A stretch of DNA of 24,000 nt from Bdellovibrionota bacterium (GCA_040386015.1 JAZKGG010000007.1:160153-184152), one strand, 5' to 3'. Counted from the first letter of the stretch, positions 1 to 8,188 are shown. The notes: a model not told the origin generated them from the sequence alone. Translations and numbers: made by a program.

Positions 1-2091
1 GTGAAGCAATCTAACAATGCGATTTAAAACATGCGCCATCACTAATTGCGTCGCGTGTTTTTGTTCGACATTTTGGCCAGATACGATTGGTTTTGTAAAC
101 TCAATGTACCAATCGCAAAACTGATTCCAGATAAATTGATAAAGTTCTAAAGCGGCTTCAGAAAACTTTTCAGCCTCTAGCGCTTCTTGCACTTTTTTCT
201 CTGTAGCACCTAGTTTTGAAATAATCCATTGGTCAAACAAACTGATATTCGCTTTAGCAGGCATAGCCTTTAAGCCTTCAGCCGGAATCGGCATATCTGC
301 AATATTAGATAATACAAAACGTGATGCATTCCAAACTTTATTCATAAAGTTACGGTAGCCCTCTAAACGTTGCTCAGAGAATTTAAAATCTTTACCGCTA
401 AATAAATGCGCTAAAAAACTGAAGCGTAAAGCATCGGCTCCGTATTTATCGATCATATCGATCGGATCAATCGAGTTACCTAAAGATTTAGACATCTTAC
501 GGCCTTGAGCATCGCGAACGAGGCCGTGAACATAGACTGTTCTAAACGGCACATCTTTTTTAAACTCAACTCCCATGACGATCATTCTAGCAACCCAGAA
601 GAAAATAATATCGTGACCAGTTACTAAGTAATTTGTTGGGTAAAACGTTTTTTGCGTTTCAAGAGCGTGCTGATCTTCATTTGGCCAACCCATTGTTGAA
701 AATGGCCAAAGGGCAGAAGAAAACCAAGTGTCTAATACATCGTCTTCCTGAGAAATTTTAGTGCTGTTACAGTGATCGCAGTGCGCAGGCGCAGTTTCAG
801 CCACCGTGTGTTTTTCACAATCATGACAGTGCCATGCAGGAATGCGATGACCCCACCATAATTGGCGCGAGATACACCAGTCTTCAATGATATTCATCCA
901 GTGAAGATAAACCTTGGTCCACGATTCAGGTTCAAAACGGATAGTGCCAGATTCAACCACGCGTTTAGCTGGTACTGCTAGCTCTTCCATTTTAAGAAAC
1001 CATTGCTCAGACATAAATGGTTCAACGACTGCGTCTGTGCGCGAGCAGTGACCCACTGAATGCATGTGTGGTTCTTCTTTTACAAGCAATCCTAAAGCTT
1101 TTAAATCTTCGCAAACTTTTTTACGTGCTTCTTGAACTTTTAAACCTTGGTAAACACCAGTGTTTTCATTCAATAGCGTTTTTTTAGTTAGAATATTAAT
1201 AAATTCTAATTTGTGAGTTTTACCGATTTTGTAATCGTTAAAATCATGCGCCGGAGTAATTTTCACAACTCCAGAACCAAATGTAAGATCCACATAAGCG
1301 TCAGCGATGATTTTAATTTTACGATTGATCAACGGCACAGTAACAGTTTTACCAATCAAATGTTGGTAACGAGTATCATCAGGGTGAACACAAAGGGCTG
1401 TATCACCTAACATCGTTTCAGGACGAGTCGTTGCAACGGTTAGCATTTCACCTGTGCCATCAACAGGGTAGTTGATGTGGTAAAGAGTTCCTTTAACTTG
1501 TTTGTGCTCTACTTCAAGATCTGAAATTGCAGATTCTAAAGGCCCTGACCAGTTAACTAAGCGTTGGCCTTTATAAATTAAATTCTTTTTGTATAAAGAT
1601 ACGAAAGTTTTACGAACGGCTTTTGATACGCCTTCATCTAAAGTAAAAGTCGCGCGATCCCAATCACATGAATCACCTAAGCGGCGCATTTGATTGTAAA
1701 TACGATCGCCGTATTCGTTTTTCCATTCCCAAACTTTTTCTACGAATTTTTCACGGCCTAAATCATGACGAGTAACGCCGCCATTTTTCTTTAATTCTTT
1801 TTCAACTACAGTTTGTGTGGCGATACCTGCGTGATCAGTTCCTGGTAACCACATGGCATTAAAGCCAGACATACGTTTCCAACGAATTAATAAATCTTGA
1901 ATGGTGTGATCAAGCGCGTGGCCTAAATGTAAAAAGCCAGTGACGTTTGGAGGAGGTAAAATAATTGAAAACGGAGGCTTTGTTGATTGATCTTGGGCTT
2001 TAAAATAGCCTTTGTCTTCCCACTGTTTATAAACAGTAGCTTCAACGTCTTGTGGATTATATCTGTCGGCTAACGTACTTGGATTTGTCAT
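1..2091 (-). CDS. valS: valyl-tRNA synthetase, N-terminal 697 codons (C-terminus lies beyond the window start)
   Basis: Absent from the ORF track because it runs off the window. My minus-strand translation from the ATG at 2089-2091 reads MTNPSTLADRYNPQDVEATVYKQWEDKGYF... It contains PPPNVTGFLHLGHA (HIGH-type), TTRPETMLGDTA, KITPAHDFNDY and GRKMSKSLGN (KMSKS), which are hallmark ValS blocks. Confidence 0.93.
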   Translation of the reverse strand, partial: MTNPSTLADRYNPQDVEATVYKQWEDKGYFKAQDQSTKPPFSIILPPPNVTGFLHLGHALDHTIQDLLIRWKRMSGFNAMWLPGTDHAGIATQTVVEKELKKNGGVTRHDLGREKFVEKVWEWKNEYGDRIYNQMRRLGDSCDWDRATFTLDEGVSKAVRKTFVSLYKKNLIYKGQRLVNWSGPLESAISDLEVEHKQVKGTLYHINYPVDGTGEMLTVATTRPETMLGDTALCVHPDDTRYQHLIGKTVTVPLINRKIKIIADAYVDLTFGSGVVKITPAHDFNDYKIGKTHKLEFINILTKKTLLNENTGVYQGLKVQEARKKVCEDLKALGLLVKEEPHMHSVGHCSRTDAVVEPFMSEQWFLKMEELAVPAKRVVESGTIRFEPESWTKVYLHWMNIIEDWCISRQLWWGHRIPAWHCHDCEKHTVAETAPAHCDHCNSTKISQEDDVLDTWFSSALWPFSTMGWPNEDQHALETQKTFYPTNYLVTGHDIIFFWVARMIVMGVEFKKDVPFRTVYVHGLVRDAQGRKMSKSLGNSIDPIDMIDKYGADALRFSFLAHLFSGKDFKFSEQRLEGYRNFMNKVWNASRFVLSNIADMPIPAEGLKAMPAKANISLFDQWIISKLGATEKKVQEALEAEKFSEAALELYQFIWNQFCDWYIEFTKPIVSGQNVEQKHATQLVMAHVLNRIVRLLH

Positions 2092-2133
2092 CTGTTTGAT
2101 GCTCACTTTCAGTAAGACAACTACGATAGCAAA

Positions 2134-2463
2134 TTAGCCTCGATCAGTCACCATTTGCTGATAACCGCCATCAATCAGATAGACGTTTGTATAACCTTTT
2201 TTTTCTAAATCTTCGGCGATTCGCACAGATTGCTTGCCATCAGGGCATAATAATAAAACCGCAAAGTCTTTAGGGATCTTACGGCTGTCTAATTCGGCTT
2301 GGATTTGGCTCTCATCAAGCATAACCTGCCAAGCTTCGACGTGCAGTTTTTGAATAGATTTGTACCAAGGGCCCACATCAGGCCCAAAATTAAAAAATAA
2401 AAACGGAACGCGGTTTTCGATCAGGTTATTGAGCTGGTAGTAGCCGATTTTATTGTAGCTCAT
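2134..2463 (-). CDS. single-domain rhodanese-like sulfurtransferase (109 aa)
   Basis: C-terminal pattern LLLCPDGKQSVRIAEDLEKKGYTNVYLIDGGYQQM matches the rhodanese active-site Cys loop plus the GG..W/M tail. The start overlaps the upstream MFS stop by 4 nt (ATGA). Confidence 0.75.
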   Translation of the reverse strand: MSYNKIGYYQLNNLIENRVPFLFFNFGPDVGPWYKSIQKLHVEAWQVMLDESQIQAELDSRKIPKDFAVLLLCPDGKQSVRIAEDLEKKGYTNVYLIDGGYQQMVTDRG

Positions 2464-3677
2464 CCAACCACCTTTTTACCGTGATCAGGAAGACTTTGGT
2501 AAATCATATAAACAATCGATAACGCAAAAAATGTAAGACCACCGGCTAATAAAAAAGGCGAGTTTTTTGCGGCACTCTGAAATAAAAAGCCACCCACCGC
2601 AGGGCCAATCACGCGGCCTAAAGCCGATAAACTCTGTGTTGTGCCCATCGCCACGCCTTGTTCTTCGGCGGGAACAAGTAAAGACACACTTCCTAAAATT
2701 GCCGGGTTTGTTAAGCCATTTCCTAACGATAAGAACGTCATCACGACGCCCATCATCGGAATACTTTCTGCTAAGCCAATGCCGACAAAACCAACGGCCA
2801 TTAAAAATAAACCAACGCGTAAAAGATTTTTTTCTCCAAAGCGGGGAATCAATTTTCTGACTAAATAACCTTGCGTGAAAACGATGATAACGCCGATGTA
2901 GGCAAAGCCAAAGCTGACTTCTTTGATGCTCCAGTTGAAGCGATCTTTCATATACAGCACAAGCGTGGCTTCCATCATGGCCATCGACAATGTTGTTAGT
3001 GCAAAACCTGTAATCAGCGGGCTGATCACAGGAGTTTTGAAATAATGCAGCATATTTGAAATGCGTTTACTTTTAATGGCGCTGTTTTTGGCGCGCACTT
3101 CAGCACTAATTGATTCTGTTAAATTAAAATAAGCAAAAATAAATGTGCCCAAACAAAGTAAGGCCACACCGTAAGATGAAAAGCTGGCGATAAAGCCTAG
3201 ATCAGTTGAAATGCTTTCGGCAAAAACAGTTAAACCTCCGCCGATAGCTGGGCCAAATAAAAATCCTAAACCAAAAGCTGCTCCAATGAGGGCCATACCT
3301 TTTGAACGATCTTGCTGAGTCGTCACATCAGAAACATACGCCGATGCTGTCGAAATCGAAGCGCCAAAAAAGCCTGTTAAAATTCGGGCGACAAAAAGCA
3401 TTTCTAAAGAACGTGATGAAGCTAAGACTAAATATGAAATCACTTCGCCGAATAGACAAAATAGTAATATGGGGCGGCGGCCATAGCGGTCAGAAAGTTT
3501 TCCCCAAAAGGGTGCAAAGACAAATTGCATTAAAGAGTACGAAGACATTAAAAGCCCAGCTTCCCAAGCCGTGGCCCCGTAGTGGATGCTCAATAGCGGA
3601 AGCACCGGAATAATCATTCCAAAACCCAGAAGGTAAATAAATACGGTAAAGAAGATAACGATTAGTGGTTTTTTCAT
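2460..3677 (-). CDS. MFS transporter (drug/H+ antiporter, Tet/TCR-like, 405 aa)
   Basis: About 12 hydrophobic segments. MFS motif A is present as GKLSDRYGRRPILL after TM2. Glycine-rich TM helices are typical of DHA1-type MFS proteins. Confidence 0.8.
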   Translation of the reverse strand: MKKPLIVIFFTVFIYLLGFGMIIPVLPLLSIHYGATAWEAGLLMSSYSLMQFVFAPFWGKLSDRYGRRPILLFCLFGEVISYLVLASSRSLEMLFVARILTGFFGASISTASAYVSDVTTQQDRSKGMALIGAAFGLGFLFGPAIGGGLTVFAESISTDLGFIASFSSYGVALLCLGTFIFAYFNLTESISAEVRAKNSAIKSKRISNMLHYFKTPVISPLITGFALTTLSMAMMEATLVLYMKDRFNWSIKEVSFGFAYIGVIIVFTQGYLVRKLIPRFGEKNLLRVGLFLMAVGFVGIGLAESIPMMGVVMTFLSLGNGLTNPAILGSVSLLVPAEEQGVAMGTTQSLSALGRVIGPAVGGFLFQSAAKNSPFLLAGGLTFFALSIVYMIYQSLPDHGKKVVG

Positions 3678-3731
3678 TCGGACCTAGACCTTTGACATCT
3701 GCTCTTCATATATAAACTCGGTTACACTGGT

Positions 3732-4940
3732 GTGGCTATGAAAAAAACATCAAATACACTACGTTCTAAGGTAAATTTCATCGTTCTATCGCTGACACTT
3801 TTTTCAACTGCTCAAAGCTGGGCGTTTTTTGATCCTTATCAGGTCTATCGCCCGCAACGGTTTGATTTGGCCGTAGACACGCAATTTTATAAAACCACGG
3901 CCAATTTTGATTCTGGCGGAGAGAAAACAGATCTAGCCTTTGAAAATAGCTTTCAAATTGTCGATGTGAGCCCGCAATTACGTTGGGGAATGTTTCGTGA
4001 TCTTGGCGTGCGTTTAGGCGGAAACGTTGGCTCTTCTGAGTCTGTTGACCCAATTAATACCCGCAATAATTCAACGTTTAATCGTCTGGATGTGGGCGCT
4101 GACTACCGATTGCTAAATTATGAAAGTTTTCAAACGATCCTGGATTTTGAGTATTCACATGCAATAGAAAAAGTACAAACCGCTACTGATTCTTCATTGA
4201 ACAGCAACGGAGCCTCTGAAATTAAATCCACACTGATCATGAGATTGGATTTAGGAAGTTTTTATCCCTACACCTACATCGGCGCAAATATTCGCTCAGA
4301 GGGTTTATCAACTCTTTTAACTTACGGGGTGGGCGGAGAATTTCGCTTTTCTGAACTAGGCCTTGGAGCCGTAGTTGAAGGTTTTAGTTCTGTAAAAGAT
4401 GATGAGTTCACGAACTCGGCGTCTCGTCGTGATTTAATCACGACACGTGTAAACGGTGGCAGTAGAAAGTTTTATTCAATTAATCCAAATGCATTAGCTG
4501 CAGAAGTATTTTTAAATTTTGCGATGACTGAGTGGATTAAATTTAAAGCCTACGGCGGTGCTGATGTGACAGGTTCAAATACGTCACAGGGTTTTTTCGT
4601 TGGCGGTGCACTGACCTTTACACTAGATTACGGCAGTGGCGGTGATGATCTTGAAGAGCAACGAGTGATTCGTCGTTCGCAACGTGCAAAAAAAGTTAAA
4701 AAGCCTGTGGATAACAGTTTTAAAGAAAGCACTGACGATGGTGTAGATCAAAATTATTTTAAATCAGTTGATCCAAGTAACGATGATTACGTTCAACCCA
4801 TTGAAGAAGAAGAAGAGCAACAACCCGCGCCCCAAAATGGAACTGGCTCGAGCGTGAACCCTAGTACACAAAGCGATTTGGATCAGTTGGGCTATCAAAT
4901 CAAATTAAAGAAGCTTAAAAAGAAAAAGAAGAATCAGTAG
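3732..4940 (+). CDS. secreted/outer-membrane beta-barrel-like protein with a long charged disordered C-terminal tail (402 aa)
   Basis: Signal peptide MKKTSNTLRSKVNFIVLSLTLFSTAQSWA|FF; ATG 3738 is probably the real start rather than GTG 3732. The body has alternating beta-strand-like G/Y/F-rich segments. The last ~100 aa are acidic and then basic (IEEEEEQQ...KLKKLKKKKKNQ). Confidence 0.6.
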   Translation: MAMKKTSNTLRSKVNFIVLSLTLFSTAQSWAFFDPYQVYRPQRFDLAVDTQFYKTTANFDSGGEKTDLAFENSFQIVDVSPQLRWGMFRDLGVRLGGNVGSSESVDPINTRNNSTFNRLDVGADYRLLNYESFQTILDFEYSHAIEKVQTATDSSLNSNGASEIKSTLIMRLDLGSFYPYTYIGANIRSEGLSTLLTYGVGGEFRFSELGLGAVVEGFSSVKDDEFTNSASRRDLITTRVNGGSRKFYSINPNALAAEVFLNFAMTEWIKFKAYGGADVTGSNTSQGFFVGGALTFTLDYGSGGDDLEEQRVIRRSQRAKKVKKPVDNSFKESTDDGVDQNYFKSVDPSNDDYVQPIEEEEEQQPAPQNGTGSSVNPSTQSDLDQLGYQIKLKKLKKKKKNQ

Positions 4941-4982
4941 AGGATCAAAGTGGCAATTCGCTACAGTAGTGATTCTTATCAC

Positions 4983-5028
4983 AATTATCACAAAATAAAT
5001 AATGACAAGTTTTTATTTTGTGATAATT
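4983..5028. repeat. perfect 17-bp inverted repeat (AATTATCACAAAATAAA / TTTATTTTGTGATAATT) with a 12-nt spacer
   Basis: Read directly: arms at 4983-4999 and 5012-5028. With an extra direct copy at 4976-4983, the 8-mer TTATCACA occurs three times (4976, 4985, and inverted at 5019-5026). It could be an AT-rich terminator for the upstream gene or an operator overlapping the promoter below. Confidence 0.8.
5019..5027 (+). promoter_or_regulatory. candidate extended -10 promoter element (TGtGATAAT)
   Basis: The TGnGATAAT match lies ~30 nt upstream of the ATG at 5059, followed by AAAGGAG at 5046-5052. No good -35 element is present, consistent with an extended -10 type promoter. Confidence 0.35.
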
Positions 5029-5058
5029 TGTTTATATTCTTAATGAAAGGAGAATCAC

Positions 5059-5154
5059 ATGTTTACATATATAAATACACACGCCTTAGGACTTACTACA
5101 GCCGTTGAAACGATTGTTAATATGTCCGATTCTCCTATGGCACTTCAATTCTAG
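5059..5154 (+). CDS. small ORF, 31 aa (MFTYINTHALGLTTAVETIVNMSDSPMALQF), unknown function
   Basis: Below the ORF-track size cutoff; found by reading. A strong SD (AAAGGAG) ends 6 nt before the ATG, and a candidate promoter lies just upstream. I recognise no homology. Confidence 0.35.
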   Translation: MFTYINTHALGLTTAVETIVNMSDSPMALQF

Positions 5155-5345
5155 CAGAATTGTTCTAAAACAAGAGAATCCAAAAAAATTTAAAGAATGA
5201 ATCGCGATAATTAGCCTTATCGTTAAAACTCGTTGTGGGTTTTTTCAAGTGAGCCGCAAGGCGAACCAACATTCTTCAAAATTCAAAAACACATCAATTA
5301 TTTTTATTTAACCGCGCTCGGAAACGAGAGCAAAAAGGATATTTT

Positions 5346-5600
5346 ATGAAAAACGCTAAAAATTATTTAGCACTGTACGAAAATTGGGAAAACTCAAACG
5401 CGGAGGAGCTTTGGCGAATTTGGAAAAGCGTTTTGAAGTGTATTAGCCTGGTCGCTTATTCATTTCACGCTATCGTGAAACTAGCGATCAGGCTTTTATT
5501 AAATTCTAATTATTTAGTGAAACATTATGAAGTGGGAGAGCTGCCAGAAGAAATCTGCAGCAACTACCACACGAATAATCAGAACTGGTATATCAACTAA
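5346..5600 (+). CDS. hypothetical protein, 84 aa
   Basis: ORF with a weak SD (AAAAGGAT) before the ATG. Its last codons form the left arm of a terminator hairpin. No recognisable motif. Confidence 0.4.
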   Translation: MKNAKNYLALYENWENSNAEELWRIWKSVLKCISLVAYSFHAIVKLAIRLLLNSNYLVKHYEVGELPEEICSNYHTNNQNWYIN

Positions 5601-5611
5601 TACCAGTTCTG
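5580..5611. terminator. intrinsic-terminator-like hairpin between convergent genes
   Basis: Perfect 12-bp stem CAGAACTGGTAT (5580-5591) / ATACCAGTTCTG (5600-5611) with an 8-nt loop, followed by TTCTTTATC on the plus strand. It sits between the 84-aa ORF and the minus-strand lipoprotein gene. Confidence 0.65.
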
Positions 5612-5619
5612 TTCTTTAT

Positions 5620-6183
5620 CTATTTTAATTTACGAGATTGAATTACTGTTAATGTATCGACAAGTCGGCGACCTGCTAAGCTGCAATCTCCGTCAACGCC
5701 ATAAAAGTTTTGTGCTAAGTGTTTTGTCGCTGGATAAGAAGACTTCGCATTTTTAAAAGATTCATCGAGTAAGTTATTTGAATCTTCAAATAATAAAGCA
5801 TAACCAATTTTAGTTAAATCGACAACAACACCGCTTGCTGAACCACCTACATAGTTTGTTGCTGTTTTATCCCTGCTGGTACCGCTATATTCAAAGTTTG
5901 TTCCAACTGCAGTTCCTATAGAGGCAAAAGCCGAAAAAATAGGAAGTGTTTCAGCAACGCCTGTGATGACTAAGGTGTTAGTTGCTACTGGGCAGGCAAT
6001 GGTTACGCGCAAAATATTTTTACCAGCATAACCCAGTAACTGACTGTTCGTCATTTTAGCTAAATCTTGGCTATCGGCATCTGATGCTGGAAAGCGGGGG
6101 TTTGTTGGTGTTTGCGCGACTTGCTGTTGGTGAGAACAGCTAAAAGATAAAACTAACAATAAGGCAGATAATAAAAGTTTCAT
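5620..6183 (-). CDS. putative lipoprotein, 187 aa, unknown function
   Basis: N-terminus MKLLLSALLLVLSFSC has a signal peptide plus a lipobox-like LSFSC. A strong SD (GGAGG) precedes the ATG. Confidence 0.65.
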   Translation of the reverse strand: MKLLLSALLLVLSFSCSHQQQVAQTPTNPRFPASDADSQDLAKMTNSQLLGYAGKNILRVTIACPVATNTLVITGVAETLPIFSAFASIGTAVGTNFEYSGTSRDKTATNYVGGSASGVVVDLTKIGYALLFEDSNNLLDESFKNAKSSYPATKHLAQNFYGVDGDCSLAGRRLVDTLTVIQSRKLK

Positions 6184-6384
6184 AAACTTCCTCCACTTTA
6201 AATATTATCATTCACTGGAATTAACATACAGTCCAGATCAGGCCGAAGCATAACCTTTTAGTGTTCTTTATGTTGCTGACACAGCGAGGAGATGAGCCCC
6301 GAGGGGGGCTTTCCTAAGATTGTGTTGTCGTACATGTTGTAAATCGTCTTGGGAGGGGCGATTTGGTTTTAGATTTTTATTTTG

Positions 6385-6870
6385 TTATTCAAGATCCATG
6401 TTTTGCATGCGCATTTTCGGCATGTAAGTTTCAGCTTGTTCTAATAAAGACAAGTGCGCTTGAGCCATGGCTTTAAGATTTGCTTCGAACTGCATTCTTG
6501 ATTTTTTAAGATCAGAAATTTCGTTATAAATTTTACGTAAAGAATCTTTGGCGTCGCGTGTGATTGTTTCTGCCTTTTGTTGAGCGTCAGCAATAACTAA
6601 TTTACATTCGTGTTCAGCTTCTTGTTTCATTTGATCTGATAACTTAGTCGCTTGTGTGATGGCGCTACGTAAGACATTATCGCGATCACGAAACTCGTGA
6701 AGCTGTAATTCTTTTTCTTTAAGTTCTTCAGTTAATGTTTGAATTTGTTGTGCAAGATTTTCAGTTTGCGCAGCAATAATCGTTAGATAATTTACAACTT
6801 GTTCAGGATCAAAGCCCATCATCTTGCGATCGAAGGTCTTATTTACTATTTCAGTTGGGTAAAATTTCAT
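6385..6870 (-). CDS. divIVA: DivIVA-domain cell-division/polarity protein (161 aa)
   Basis: N-terminus MKFYPTEIVNKTFDRKMMGFDPEQVVNYL matches the conserved DivIVA lipid-binding N-domain (F.....GY....V..FL). The remainder is heptad-rich coiled coil. A GGAGG SD is present. Confidence 0.85.
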   Translation of the reverse strand: MKFYPTEIVNKTFDRKMMGFDPEQVVNYLTIIAAQTENLAQQIQTLTEELKEKELQLHEFRDRDNVLRSAITQATKLSDQMKQEAEHECKLVIADAQQKAETITRDAKDSLRKIYNEISDLKKSRMQFEANLKAMAQAHLSLLEQAETYMPKMRMQNMDLE

Positions 6871-6994
6871 TTAATTCCTCCATGAATCAAATTACGAACC
6901 CGTGCTTCTCTATGTTAGTATAGGCAATCCTTGCCCTAAAAAATAGTCGAGTCCAAAGAACTGTACTTAAGAAGGGTTGGGGTGAAAAAATACC

Positions 6995-7022
6995 TTTACA
7001 TATGCGCATAATGGCGTACAAT
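6995..7022 (+). promoter_or_regulatory. candidate sigma70-type promoter (TTTACA - 16 nt - TACAAT)
   Basis: The -35 element is at 6995-7000 and the -10 at 7017-7022. The predicted transcription start falls at about 7029-7031, essentially on the annotated ATG (7031) of the ATPase gene. Confidence 0.4.
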
Positions 7023-7033
7023 TTGCGCATATG
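6999..7033. repeat. perfect 10-bp inverted repeat CATATGCGCA / TGCGCATATG bracketing the -10 element and covering the start codon
   Basis: Read directly: arms at 6999-7008 and 7024-7033 with a 15-nt spacer. The right arm contains ATG 7031-7033. Confidence 0.8.
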
Positions 7034-8188
7034 ATTAAGAGAATGTGTAACCCATCAAAATCACAAAGTTTTTTCTTATTTGGCCCACGTGGTGCAGGCA
7101 AGACGACATTTCTTAAATGGTTTTTTATCGATACTGAGCCTTTATGGATCAATCTGTTAGATCAAAAAACTGAGTTTAATCTGGCACAGAATCCTGATTA
7201 TTTATTGGATCTTTGGAAAAAAGAAAAACAAAAATGGATTGTTATTGATGAAGTTCAGAAAATTCCAAGAATTTTAGACGTTGTTCATCAAGGTATTGAA
7301 GAGCATAAAATTAAATTTGCTTTGACTGGATCAAGCAGCCGAAAGCTTAAACGCGGTGGTGCTAATTTGCTGGCCGGCCGTGCGGCTTCTTTTTCGCTAG
7401 CGCCGTTTTCAAGTTTAGAATTAGGAGACCAATTTAATTTATCAAAAGCTTTGAAGTTTGGCTTACTGCCCAAATTATGGAATGAAAAACTTGATAGTAA
7501 GGATATGTCACGTTCTTTATATTCTTATGTGCAAACTTATTTGAAAGAAGAAGTGGCGGCTGAACAGCTAGTAAGAAATCTAGATCCCTTTCGCCGTGTA
7601 TTGGTCAGCGCAGCTCAAAGTAATTCAAAAATTATAAACTATGCTAAAATTGAAAGAGATGCGGGTGTTGCTCATTCACAAGCTGAAAGACATTTTGAAA
7701 TATTGTGTGATACATTAGTTGGCCGATATTTAGAGCCCCATGATCATTCTATTCGAAAAAGACAGATTAAAAAAAGTAAATTTTATTTTTTTGATACAGG
7801 AGTCGTTCGGGCGCTAAGAAATTTATTGGAGGAAGATTTAGACCCGGGAAATTTTGAATTCGGTGATTTATTCGAAACTTTTTTGATTAATGAATTTTTT
7901 AAATTAAATGAGGCCCTTGAGAAAAGATGGAACTTTTCATATTTACGAACAAAAGATGATGTTGAAGTTGATCTTATCATTGAGCCTCCACGAGGCCCGA
8001 TGATTTTAATTGAAATTAAATCTAACAAAAACATTAAGCCTGATGATGCTTCAGCATTTTTAAAAATTTCTAAAGAATTTCCTAACGCTAGAAAGTATGT
8101 ACTTTCAAACTCGCAAGATGAATTTGAACATCAAAATATACGCTTTTTAAACTGGCAAGTTGGCCTTAAAGAAATATTTGCAGTCTAA
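7031..8188 (+). CDS. AAA+ ATPase of the AAA_14/DUF4143 (COG1373-like) family, 385 aa
   Basis: Walker A is FGPRGAGKTTFL and Walker B is WIVIDEVQKIP. The C-terminal half carries the DUF4143-like YFFDTGVVRAL motif and a small C-terminal restriction-endonuclease-like fold pattern (DVEVDLII...LIEIK). Confidence 0.85.
   Translation: MIKRMCNPSKSQSFFLFGPRGAGKTTFLKWFFIDTEPLWINLLDQKTEFNLAQNPDYLLDLWKKEKQKWIVIDEVQKIPRILDVVHQGIEEHKIKFALTGSSSRKLKRGGANLLAGRAASFSLAPFSSLELGDQFNLSKALKFGLLPKLWNEKLDSKDMSRSLYSYVQTYLKEEVAAEQLVRNLDPFRRVLVSAAQSNSKIINYAKIERDAGVAHSQAERHFEILCDTLVGRYLEPHDHSIRKRQIKKSKFYFFDTGVVRALRNLLEEDLDPGNFEFGDLFETFLINEFFKLNEALEKRWNFSYLRTKDDVEVDLIIEPPRGPMILIEIKSNKNIKPDDASAFLKISKEFPNARKYVLSNSQDEFEHQNIRFLNWQVGLKEIFAV

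Noticed and set aside
1213-1410. 65-aa plus-strand ORF from the track
   Set aside because: It lies entirely antisense within the clearly conserved valS coding region. It has no SD and its composition is low-complexity.
2567-3613. Plus-strand ORFs 2567..2860, 2641..2868 and 3302..3613
   Set aside because: All are antisense to the MFS transporter gene, whose frame is supported by TM periodicity and motif A. These are shadow ORFs.
4976-5026. TTATCACA copies as DnaA boxes (a possible origin-like element)
   Set aside because: The DnaA box is a 9-mer (TTATNCACA) and these 8-mers lack one base. There is no AT-rich DUE/13-mer array and no dnaA/dnaN context.
6190-6384. Possible SRP (4.5S), 6S or other known housekeeping RNA in the GC-rich spacer
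   Set aside because: I could not find the conserved SRP domain IV motif or a long end-to-end 6S-type helix. Only one short hairpin is convincing, so I kept it as a low-interest finding.
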